64,000 nt of DNA from Octopus vulgaris (lineage: Eukaryota): positions 27,528,001 to 27,592,000 of the forward strand of contig OX597828.1 of NCBI GenBank assembly GCA_951406725.2, in the 5' to 3' direction. The translations under genes were made by a program, and so were the position numbers. This document shows positions 52,838-64,000 of this stretch, piece by piece. Below the pieces are notes generated by a model, which did no database searches, was not told the origin of the DNA, and saw nothing but the letters and a program-made list of their open reading frames with translations. Positions within the stretch are counted from its first letter, which is position 1. Each line of letters opens with the position of its first letter.

Positions 52838-54470
52838 TCATCATCATCATCATCATCATCATCGTTTAACGTCCGTTTTCCATGCTAGCATGAGTTGGAT
52901 GGTTCAACAGGGGTCTGGGAAGTCAGGAGGCTGCACCAAGCTCCAGTCTGATCTGGCAGTATTTCTACAGCTGAATGCCCTTCCTAACACCAACCACTCC
53001 GTGAGTGTAGTGGCTGCTTTTTACATGCCACCTGCATAGGGACCAGAGGAGGTTGGCAATGGCCATGATTGGTTGGTGCTTTTTACATGCCGCCATCATG
53101 GAAGCCAGTCAAGGCAGTGCTAACATCGGCCATGTTCGCATGGTGCTTTTTACGTGCCACCAGCACAGGTATCACAACTACAATTTCCATTTGATCTTCG
53201 TTTTGATATTGATGTACTTAACTCAATAGGTCTCCTCAAGCACAGCAGGTTGCCCACGATCCAAGGTACTTTGAATGGGCTGGGGCTGGTTGTGTGAAAC
53301 TGGTGTAGGATACAGCCATGAACTCCCTTTATTTGCCAGGTCTTCGTAATCACAGCATATCTCCAGAGGTCTTGGTCTTTTGTCATTGCCTCTGTGAGGC
53401 CCAACGTTCGAAGGTCATGCTTCACCACCTCATCCCATGTCTTCCTGAGTCTACCTCTACCCCGGATTCCTTCAACTGTTTGGGAGTGGCATTTCTTCAC
53501 ACAACTCTCTTCATCCATCTGTAGTACATGACCATACCAGTGCAAACATCTCCTTTGCATGCCACATCCGATGCTTCTTATGTCCAACATTTCTCTCAGG
53601 GCCCTTACACTCTGTTGTGCGTGCACACTGACATTACACATCCAGCGGATCATGCTAGCTTCATTTCTTTCGAGCCTACGCATGTCCTCCGCAGTCATGG
53701 CCCATGTTTCACTGCTGTGAAGCATGGCAGTTTACACACATGAGTCATGCAATCTACCTTTCACTCTGAGTGAGAGACCCTTTGTCACCAGCAGGGGTAG
53801 AAGCTTTCTAAACTTTACCCAGGCTATTCTTATTCTAGTGGTAACACTCTCAAAGCATCCACCCCCACTACTAACTTGGTCACCTAGGTAGCAGAAGCTA
53901 TGAACTACTTCTAGTTTCTCCCCCTGGAATGTGATGGAATCTGTTTTCTGAGCATCTGTGGTGTTTATTGCCCCTATGCATCTGCCACACAAGAAAGCTA
54001 TCTTCTTGGTTAATCTTCCTTTGATATTGCTGCACCTCTTATGTGTCCATAGCTTACACTGGGTACATCTTATAGAGTTTCTACCTACACCATTTCTCCA
54101 GATCAAGCAGGGCTACTACCTTAAGGGGTGTGTGATGAGTTTGCCTTCCTAGTTTCTAGAACTTTGGTCTGTGCTACATTGACTCTAAGGCCCTTCGATT
54201 CTAAACCTTGCTTCCGTACTTGAAGTTTCTTCTCTAGTTCTGGTAGTGATTCTGCTATGAGGGCCAGATCATCAGCATAGAGGAATTCCCAGGGGCAACC
54301 TGTCTTGAATTCCTCTGTTATTGCCTGGAGGACTATTATGAATAAGAGGGGGCTGAGGGCTAATCCTTGGTGAACACCTACTTCTACCCAGAATTCTTCA
54401 CTATACTCATTGCTGATCCTAACCTTACTAAAAGCCTCTCTGTGAAGGGCCTGTACAGCCCACAATAGTT
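52838..54470 (-). mobile_element. 5'-truncated RTE LINE (RT pseudogene plus 3' UTR and (GAT)n tail)
   Basis: GVHQGLALSPLLF, PWEFLYADDLALIAES, FCYLGD, MLHSSETW..RRLERNE, WYGHV; broken into three ORFs by stops and frameshifts. Confidence 0.95.
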
Positions 54471-54564
54471 TGACCAAAAGAACCGGCTATTGCAAGCAAA
54501 AATAAATATTGAGAAAAAGCACATTTGGCCAAATTTGAACATACAACAGTTTAACAAAACAACA

Positions 54565-54629
<65 letters not shown>

Positions 54630-55839
54630 TATACACACATGATGGGCTTCTTTAGTTTTTGTCTAACAATTCCTCTCACAAGGTATTTATCTGCCCCGAG
54701 CTTTAGTAGAAGACACTTGCTCTAGCTGCCACCAAGTGGGACAGAACTTATAGCCACAAGGGCTTAGTCCCACAGTGTAACACCCTGGGCAAGGGTTTTC
54801 TTTTATGGCCCTGGTCCAGCCAATGTCTTGTGAGTGAATTTACTTGGGAGTAACTGCGGAAGCCTTTTTAGGTGTGTGTGTGTTTGTTTTTGTCCCTCAC
54901 CCACATTAGCTAATAATTTATGTTGGTTTGTTTACATCCTCATAACTTAGTGGTTCTGCAAACCAGATTAATAAAATAAGTACCAAATTAAAAAAAAAAA
55001 AGTTCTGTGGTCAATTTCCTTCACTAAGCTCATCAAATCATTGCTCCAGCATGACCATAGCCCATTGACTGAAGCAAGAAAAAGATAAAATAGATTTTAT
55101 TTTCAAATGAAACAAGCTCTTCTACATGAACCAATGACTTATTCTGTACATGGTTTCACAACCTGCTAGAAATAGCAACCAAATTTCTTTCAAATCACAT
55201 CCAGTAGTCTTAGATAAAGGAAATACACATTAGATAATCTAAAGCTTATGTAGTGTTTAAAAAAATGGTCTGGTCATGGATGGAATGCCTTTCATTGTAG
55301 CTCTGATCAATCAAGGTTAACTTAGGCTGAACGACATGTACACATGTGATGCTGGTATGTTATGATGTAAGAAAAAAATCTTTGTATAAAAATAGTAAAT
55401 TGATAAAATAAATTTAAATTCCAGGCATGTCTGTTGAATACGATTAGTATCTAAGCATCGCTCTCTGAGCAAACAATTAAACATTTGACAAACCATAGGC
55501 CCTTACACACACACACACACAAACACACACGCACTAAAATATTTGGGGTTTTTTTTTTTTAATATGGGGATTTAAAAAAAGGAATTTTATGTTACAGAAA
55601 GAATAACAAAAAAGAAGTATAATTCAACTTCTATTTAATAAATGGTGTGAAATGTCCATTAAGTCTGTTGGATGTGTGTTATGCAGCATAAGTTTATGAT
55701 GCAAGCCATCACATCCAAATGCCTCTCTCTTTTTCTTCTTCCTTTCCTGCATTCATGACTACTAAAATGAAGTCACACACACACACACACACACTTACAG
55801 GAATGCATGCATACATAAAGAGACCCACACACACATACA

Positions 55840-55871
<32 letters not shown>

Positions 55872-57096
55872 GAGAGACAGATAAATAGAGAGATAGATAG
55901 GCTTTTAGTTTTCATCTACCAAATCTACTCTCAAGGCTTTGGCCAGTTCAGGGCCATAGCAGAAGGCGCTTACTCAAGATGCCAAACTGCAGGATTGAAC
56001 CTGAGAGTAAGTGGTTTGAAAACAATCTTCTTAACTGCATTGCCATACTTATGCCTATTGTTTGAATTAATTTAGATTGAAGGACTTTATGTCTCTCGAA
56101 AAATTTATCTGATATTTGTTAATTAAACAATAAATTGAATTTTTAACCATCATAGACAAACAACAAATTTGATACATATTGAATTCTCAGAGGTATTTAT
56201 TTTCAAACGTCAGAATAATTTCTGATAGCCATGTGTTTCTGTCTCTTTCTCTTTCGTTCCGAAATGTCCCATTGGAGAAAAAAAATGCAAAAGACAAAAC
56301 AAAACAAAACAAAAAAAAAAAATAAATAGATTGTAATAATTTCGCTGCAGCTGAAATAGATATCTAAATAGTCACTAATTTACATAATGAAATTAAAAAC
56401 AGTCATTGTTTATCATTTAACAGGTGTAGGAAGATATTATATAAATAACTGGGTGACATTTTTGGTTAAACCTATTTCATGTCAGATGAATTATTACATT
56501 GAGAGAAAAAAAAAAAACATTTTTAAAATTATGTTGATTTGTCAATATGATTTTTGGTTTCCTTATTTCTAAATTTTTGTTAATGTTGCTTTTTAAATTT
56601 TTTTTTTTATTTTATATATATTCATTTTGTTATTCGACATTTCTTGGAACTACTTAGAATAAGACACAGAATAAATTTGCTGTGAATCCGAAATTTTAAT
56701 AAAAATTTATATTTTGCACATTCCTAATATTATTAAATCCAGCTAATTTATGAGTCTATGTATGAATGCATGTATGGTGGAATATGTGCTCAGAAACATG
56801 CTCACACGCATGCACACACACACACACACATGCATATGTTTTAAGATTTATATTAACTGCAAAATATATTGTATTTAATTATATTCAATGAAACAATTGG
56901 CATTTGATTAACTGAAATCATATGCCCCACACATAAGCTATATTTATTTCTCAACACATAATACACTTGCCAAAACATCTGTTTTATACATACATGCATA
57001 TATATATATATATATATATATATAACTTTATCATTCCCTCTCTGTTTATCTTTCTCCCTTGCTCCTCAGTGTGTGTGTGTGTGTGTATATATACAC

Positions 57097-57179
57097 ACTT
57101 AAACTTAAATGTTGAAGTGAATCGAACAGCTTTTGTGTGTTTCTTAAATGGCTTATAAACACCTTCCACGCTGCAATTG

Positions 57180-57180
<1 letters not shown>
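57097..57180 (-). mobile_element. Fragment of the family at 63745-63950
   Basis: Reverse complement matches ACAATTGCAGCGTGGAAGGTGTTT...CATTTAAGTTTAA. Confidence 0.85.
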
Positions 57181-57218
<38 letters not shown>

Positions 57219-57685
57219 ACATACACACATACATATATATTAATACGGGTACCAACATTGTTATTCTTTTAACTTCCTCTGTTCCATACTTGCTTAGGTT
57301 GCACAAAATTTATTGACGCAGAGTTCCTTTTGAAGAATGCCTTTACTGTCACCAACCCTCACCTCTTTCCAAGTAAGGTAATATTTCCCCATGGCCAGAC
57401 ATGTTCTCATGGACTATTGGAAATGAATGACACTGCTTGTCTGACAGGGACAATTGTTTATGGCTATCATGTGAAGCTAGGGCAAGGAAGCAGTAGCACA
57501 CACATACAACAGGCTTCTTTTAGTTTCTATCTACGAAATCCACTCATAAGGCTTAGTTTGGCCTGAGACTAAACCCCAAGACATGTGGCTGAGGAGGTAA
57601 CTTCTTAAGAAAAAGTAACTTATGCACCTATATATCATCACTATTATCAACATCTAGCATCTATTTTCCATGCTGGCATGGGTTG

Positions 57686-57719
<34 letters not shown>

Positions 57720-57887
57720 ACGTAAGGTGTACTAGCCATCTGAATGTGGCTAGCCACTAGGGGTGGGGTGTTACTGATGCTTTTAGCCCCAGGCGATCAA
57801 CGTCACCAGATGGACTTTAGACACTATCTCAGTGCCCTTGTGTTATTTGCAAAGGGAGGTCATCCTCCCTCGAAGACCTAAGTACTA

Positions 57888-57932
57888 CATACGGACTATA
57901 GTTTCAAGGTAATTGCCTCTCTTCAACACATG
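57888..57932 (-). ncRNA. Type-I hammerhead motif (U3.G8) in the loop of a short fold-back (element about 57719-57975)
   Basis: CATGTG-TTGAAGA-GAGG-caatta-CCTT-GAAA-CTATAG-TC-CGTATG; arms 57843-57878 / 57942-57973. Confidence 0.7.
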
Positions 57933-58155
57933 GTAAGCACCGGTCTTCGATGAAGGAGTCCCCTTGCAAATAATATTTAACGTTTTTCACAGCAACCACT
58001 GTCACTGATTTAGAAAAACTGTCTGAAAGCAATAATAAATCTCTGAGTAACATGAAATAAAGTTTCTTGCTCAAGAACACAACACACAGCCTAATCCAGG
58101 AATTGAACACACAACCTTGTGATTGTAAGCCTGACACTCTAACCACTGTGCCATG

Positions 58156-58202
<47 letters not shown>

Positions 58203-58357
58203 TGAGGGAATAAAATCATTTTGAATTGATAAAAGGTGTGTTTTTCTAATATTATATATATATATGTATGTGTGTGTGTGTGTGTGTGACTGCATGTGTA
58301 CCTTTGGTGATTTTATTTTTCTCCATCTTCCCTTCCTTGGATCTTTCCTTTTCCTAT

Positions 58358-58392
58358 GTTTCTGACGAAGAGCTCCGCTCGAAACATTAAAT
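58358..58392 (+). ncRNA. Minimal hammerhead motif in a family-H-related element (about 58300-58497)
   Basis: GTTT-CTGACGA-A-GAGC-tcc-GCTC-GAAA-CA-TT-AAAT. Confidence 0.65.
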
Positions 58393-58574
58393 CCTCTTTC
58401 TTTCTTTCCTTTCCTGAACGTCCAATAAAACTACACTTGTTCCACGTCTCCACGCTGTTGTGTTTTCTCTTTGTGTTTTCATGTTTGGATTTACTATATC
58501 TATATATATATTTATATGTGTGTGTCTGTGTGTGTGTATATGTGTGTGTGTGTATATATATGTGTATTTATATA

Positions 58575-58633
<59 letters not shown>

Positions 58634-59030
58634 GCATGCATCTGTAAATAGTAGTATTAGTAGTAGTAGATTGTTTTGTTTTGTGGTATTGCAATGACTG
58701 AGACATGCACACAGAAGTACAAACAAACATGTAACTAATTGAATGAATAACTTTTAAAATATGATGCGGATGGGGATTCTCGTTATGGCTGGCACTTCAG
58801 GGAAATTATCTGGCAATTTCCTGCTAATTTCAAACTACTTCAAATATATTAAATTAGAACATTTTTCTTTTCTTTTATCTGTTTCTGTTTCTGCCAAATG
58901 TATTCTTAGAGCTTATAAATAAGCCTTATATATATATGCATATACATATATGTATATATATATATAAATATTTATGCATATATGTATGTATACACACATA
59001 TACATACATATGTACATATGTATGTTCATA

Positions 59031-59084
<54 letters not shown>

Positions 59085-59281
59085 TACATATGTATATGTG
59101 TTTATAGATGGAGGACATTAAATGTTGATATATATACATGTATACACATATGCACACACACACACATATATCTACATATACACATATATATTAAAGACAT
59201 AACTAGTTTGCTTGATTAAAATATTTCTGTGATGGACCTAGTTATTATATCACTTAAAAATTATTGGAACAATCATACAGT

Positions 59282-59447
<166 letters not shown>

Positions 59448-59448
59448 C

Positions 59449-59532
<84 letters not shown>

Positions 59533-59534
<2 letters not shown>

Positions 59535-59935
59535 CGTGATGCATATATGCCATTTGAATATGGCTAACCCAAAGGGTGGATGCTACTGTAGTTTGTAGCC
59601 CCAGGAAGACACCTCCTCCTGCTGGCTATAGACACACTATCTGTGTCCTGTCAGTATTTGTGAAGGGGAGTCATCCTCCCCGTCTTCAACACATGATACA
59701 CACGTACCCGAGTTTCAAGGTGTTTACCTTTCATCAGCGTGTGGCAATCATGACTCCCCTTCACAAATACTGACAGGACACAGATAGTGTGTCTATAGCC
59801 AGCGGGATGAGGTGTCTTCCTGGGGCTACAAACTACAGTAGCATCCACCCTTTTGGGTTCGCCATATTCAAATGGCATATATGCATCACGTTGTGTTACC
59901 GCTACTGTTTATAACTCACTCTGATATTTATCATT
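59533..59935. mobile_element. Fold-back element (142-bp arms) between (TA)n tracts
   Basis: 59533-59674 is the near-perfect reverse complement of 59750-59892; related to the 57719-57975 element. Confidence 0.92.
59699..59743 (-). ncRNA. Complete minimal type-I hammerhead ribozyme in the fold-back loop
   Basis: CACACG-CTGATGA-AAGGT-aaac-ACCTT-GAAA-CTCGGG-TA-CGTGTG; GUA site, predicted cleavage between 59705 and 59704. Confidence 0.85.
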
Positions 59936-60630
59936 ATATATATATATATATATATCCATACATTTGTATGTGCAATTATACATACATGCATGCATGGAAA
60001 TTGCAATCCCTTACAGTTAAACCCCTAGTTTTGGTTAATCTGCATTGGTTTACATTAACTTGCGTATTCTTTCATTCTTCATGTGTTCACTTAACTCTGG
60101 ATGTGCCTATGTACTTTCACGTCTGTTTTCTTCTTCAGTGTTATCTGTTTCCATAGTAACCTTCACATCATTAGAACTTTCCAAAGAAGGCAAAGAATAG
60201 TTTTCTCAACAGAAAGTAATTGTAAAACAAAGCACATACCAAACAGCAATTATCATCCAATTGTTGACAAATTTATTGGAAGTTTTACTCTCCCACCTCT
60301 CTGTTTTTTTGTTTTTTTTCATATTCCTGAAAGCTCTTAATTTTGACCTGAAGTTATATGTAATGCTCAGACGTAATATATATTTGTATACATAAATGCA
60401 TACCATTATGCATACATGCATTGACAGTTTTTTTTTTTGCTGTTTAAATAATTTATTCATTTATTCTACCTTTTGGTGAAATAAATAGGTCTATTTGTTT
60501 AAAATAAAGGCCATGATAATATAACAATTATTTAGTTTCATATTTGTTCTTTTCAATATTCCAGTCAAATTTATTTATTGATGAATCTTTTTCATGTTTA
60601 ATACAGTTGATCTCATGTTTAATACAGTGA

Positions 60631-60968
60631 AGGCGCATGGCTCAGTGGTTAGAGTGTCGAGCTTACGATCGTGAGGTTGTGAGCTTGAATCCCGGACCGG
60701 GCTGCGTGTTGTGTTCTTGAGCAAGGCACTTTATTTCACGTTGCTCCAGTTCACTCAGCTGTAGAAATGAGTTGTGACGTCACTGGTGCCAAGCTGTATC
60801 GGCCCCTTTGCCTTTCCCTTGGATAACACTGGTGGCGTGGAGAGGGGAGGCCGGTATGCATGGGCGACTGCTGGTCTTCCATAAACAACCTTGCCCGGAC
60901 TTGTGTCTAGGAGGGTAACTTTCGAGGTGCAATCCCATGGTCATTCATGACCGAAGGGGGTCTTTACC
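60631..60968 (+). mobile_element. tRNA-derived CORE-like SINE (family E)
   Basis: GGCGCATGGCTCAGTGGTTAGAGTG...TTGAATCCC...TGTTCTTGAGCAAGGCACTT; 3' half repeated at 61785-61980; head at 58040-58155 (-). Confidence 0.9.
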
Positions 60969-62002
60969 CTTTACAGTTGATCTCAGGCAGAGCACTACTG
61001 TGAAGAAGCATCTAAACATGTCACACACCAGTCTTCACCATCTCATACACCACACACTATTTCATTTGGTAAAACTGCCAAAGAAAAGAAAACCCAGTAA
61101 TTCTCTGGCAGAGCATCACCATAAGGTGTATCTAAATGCCCTGTAATTTGTTTAAACATAAAATTGAAGTCTTACAAAAAATCCTTACTGATGCTTAAGT
61201 ACCTTAAAAAGTGTTTTGTTCATAATAATATTCTGTATATTTTACACAATGTGGGATAAACTGTGGGAAGCCGTAACACTGAGGTGTTCATGAGATGCTT
61301 TCTTGAGACAAGTCCTGCAGTATTGTGGCTTTTCTAAGTATATCCACATTCAGTAAGATATACAGAATGCTATTTTGAATTAATACTGCTTCTGTCACTA
61401 ATAACTAATTTGTGTTATCCATAATTTTGCTACACACAAATATTATTTATTGATAAAAGTAAGCTGTACTTTTCTGTAGTTTTTCTCCGTATTTTTATAC
61501 TGAAAAACATTTAAAAAAAGAAGTCCTGTGTGTTGTTGTTTGTTCCTTCTCGAGCCATGCCTGGCTCATAAGGGCCGGTTTCCCAGTTTCTTGGCGTATA
61601 GGTTCCCCACCTGGATGGGACGCCGGTCCGTTGCAGGTGAGCTGCAAGATGCAGGAGGAAAGAGTGAGAGAAAGTTGTGACTAAAGAGTCAGCAGAAGGT
61701 AATGGCCTTGTAGCCAACAAAACTGACCTTTTCCCAAGAAGTGGAAGAATATGCAGTCGAGTCCAGTCAGACATATTCTCACACAAGTTGTGATGTCACT
61801 GGTGCCAAGCTGTATCGGCCCCTTTGCCTTTCCCTTGGATAACATCGGTGGTGTGGAGAGGGGAGGCTGGTATGCATGATTGACTGCTAGTCTTGCATAA
61901 ACAACCTTGCCCGGACTTGTGCCTCGGAGGGTAACTTTCTAGGTGCAATCCCATGGTCATTCATGACCAAAAGGGGTCTCTGACTGCTACTACTAAGGAA
62001 GT

Positions 62003-62220
62003 AAGCTGGCAGAATCGTTAACACACCAGGCAAGTTGCTTAGCAACATTTCATCCATCTTTATGTTCTGAGTTCAAATTCCACCAGAGTCGACTTTGCCT
62101 TTCATCCTCTCTGAGTCAATAAAATAAGTACTAGTTGGATACTAGGGTCAATCTATTTGACTTATACCGCCCCCCCCCCCACAAAAAAACAGCTAGCCTT
62201 GCGCCAAAATTTGAAACCAT
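62003..62220 (+). mobile_element. SINE family B variant
   Basis: GCTGGCAGAATCGTTAAC...GTCGACTTTGCCTTTCATCC. Confidence 0.8.
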
Positions 62221-62585
62221 TGTTATTATCATTATTATTATCATTACTATTATTATTTTATTCATTTATTTATTTATTTTCCGTTTTTCTGTTATTTTTT
62301 TATTTTCTTTTTCGTTTCAAAACAGGAAAGGAACAAGAACTTTTCCAACATGCTGTACTTAGAGCATGTAGTATGAGCGATATCTGGCTCAGAACCAATT
62401 ATAATTGTACATTGTAATCTCAATTTACATTAAGACCTCTCCATACAGACTTCCTCATTTTTACACATAAGTACATATGCATGTGTATGCATTGTGCATG
62501 TATTGTGATATATGTTTGTTGTCTCTGTGTATGTGTATACAGCTGTATATACTTTTGTATGCATATGCAAGCATTTATTTTGATA

Positions 62586-62620
<35 letters not shown>

Positions 62621-62629
62621 CTGTATATA

Positions 62630-62666
<37 letters not shown>

Positions 62667-62670
<4 letters not shown>

Positions 62671-62784
62671 CCTTTTACGATCCCTTTTGATCGAAAACCA
62701 AACCCCCTTTTTTATCCCCAAAAGAAAAGCTCTACCTTGTAATGTGTCCTGTCTGTGTGTGCAGCCCTGTGTGGCTAATAAAGA

Positions 62785-62829
<45 letters not shown>

Positions 62830-62834
62830 CTACA

Positions 62835-62873
<39 letters not shown>

Positions 62874-63000
62874 CCTTTTACGATCCCTTTTGATCGAAAA
62901 CCAAACCCCCTTTTTTATCCACAAAAGAAAAGCTCTACCTTGTAATTTGTCCTGTCCGTGTGCAGCCCTGTGTGGCTAATAAAGAAACATATATATATAT
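62667..63000 (+). repeat. Tandem pair of a unit of about 120 bp separated by (TA)n
   Basis: TTTCCTTTTACGATCCCTTTTGATCGAAAACC...GTGGCTAATAAAGAAACA at about 62668-62788 and 62871-62989. Confidence 0.92.
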
Positions 63001-63006
63001 ATATTC

Positions 63007-63109
<103 letters not shown>

Positions 63110-63354
63110 CATATATTCTCAATGAAATTTTATTATATAGCTTCATTTAGAAAAAAATATGCTTCTAATTAAATGAAAAATACCTCAAGTATGCATTGTG
63201 TACCTGGTCGTTAATCCTCATCATTTTAACATTGTGTTTTTGTATTTTTTTTTCATGCTGGTATCTGCTGGATGAATATGTAATGTCATTTGAGTGACTG
63301 TGATGTGTGTTGGTATGTATATATATACATACATAGTGTATTTGTGTATATATA

Positions 63355-63393
<39 letters not shown>

Positions 63394-63565
63394 AATATTA
63401 GGGAATAAATCCAAATTTACAGGAAAAAAATCAGATTTAGGATTAAATCCAATTTTATAGTAAAATATTATATAATATTAATTAGAGACAAAACCACTAT
63501 TTTGCAAAACAAACAAGGAAAGACTTAATCAATACATAAAATTTTAATAAAAAGTTAAAAAAACG

Positions 63566-63608
63566 CCACTACAATTGTTTCATGTCCTGATCGACAATCT
63601 TCAGTTGG
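63566..63608 (-). ncRNA. Hammerhead motif inside a fold-back (arms 63469-63531 / 63660-63722)
   Basis: CCAA-CTGAAGA-TTGTC-gatcag-GACAT-GAAA-CAATTG-TA-GTGG; palindromic ACAATTGT; closing pairs of stems I and II mismatched. Confidence 0.7.
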
Positions 63609-63709
63609 ATTTCCAATTTTCAAGTCGGTTTCAAATTATTTTCATAATTTGAAACTGACTGATTAAGTCTTTCCTTGTTTGTTTTGCAAAATAGTGGTTT
63701 TGTCTCTAA

Positions 63710-63747
<38 letters not shown>

Positions 63748-63885
63748 CAGAGATGTACTCGCATAGCAAGTGATTTGATCTGAGATCGTGTGCTGGAACG
63801 AAAACAATTGCAGCGTGGAAGGTGTTTGTAAGCCATTTAAGAAACACACAAAAGCCGTTCGATTCACTTCAGCATTTAAGTTTAA

Positions 63886-63935
63886 TTTGTCAAAATATTT
63901 TTATCGCTAAAATCCGCGACCTGTTCACTGACAAA
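63886..63935 (-). ncRNA. Hammerhead-like motif with swapped G3-C8 core (element about 63745-63950)
   Basis: TTTGTCA-GTGAACA-G-GTCGC-ggatttta-GCGAT-AAAA-ATAT-TT-TGACAAA; G12 is A in this copy. Confidence 0.55.
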
Positions 63936-64000
63936 ATTCCGTGATGCATGGAAATTGGAGAGTGGGATGTGTGTGTGTATATTTAATGTTCCACTTGAAC

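Noticed and set aside
60108-60350. Minus-strand acidic peptide ENYSLPSLESS...EEENRREST*
   Set aside because: Preceded by an in-frame TGA and only a GAG acceptor; no supportable exon

Overview
Very AT-rich eukaryotic DNA that is intronic or intergenic and saturated with (TA)n/(CA)n/(TAA)n microsatellites. The SINE and LINE repertoire suggests an octopod cephalopod genome (inference from repeat character, not tested). No intact host protein-coding gene is recognisable, and almost all listed ORFs are microsatellite translations. Real coding remnants are retroelement pieces: RTE RT, R4/Dong-like restriction-type endonuclease, CR1/L2-like C-terminus, and Penelope-like (PLE) GIY-YIG. There are also many tRNA-derived SINEs, several MITEs and Helitrons, and a tRNA-iMet pseudogene. 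The most striking hidden signal is about a dozen minimal type-I hammerhead-ribozyme (HHR) motifs in short PLE-type elements lodged in (TA)n tracts. They show natural covariation at the core 3-8 pair (C-G, U-A, G-C, U.G), and one family has a fixed A6U plus an extra A. Several sit in the loop of 30-140 bp fold-back inverted repeats whose ends usually run into (TA)n. A few candidate microexons are noted at low confidence. All structures were read by eye; none was computed or tested.
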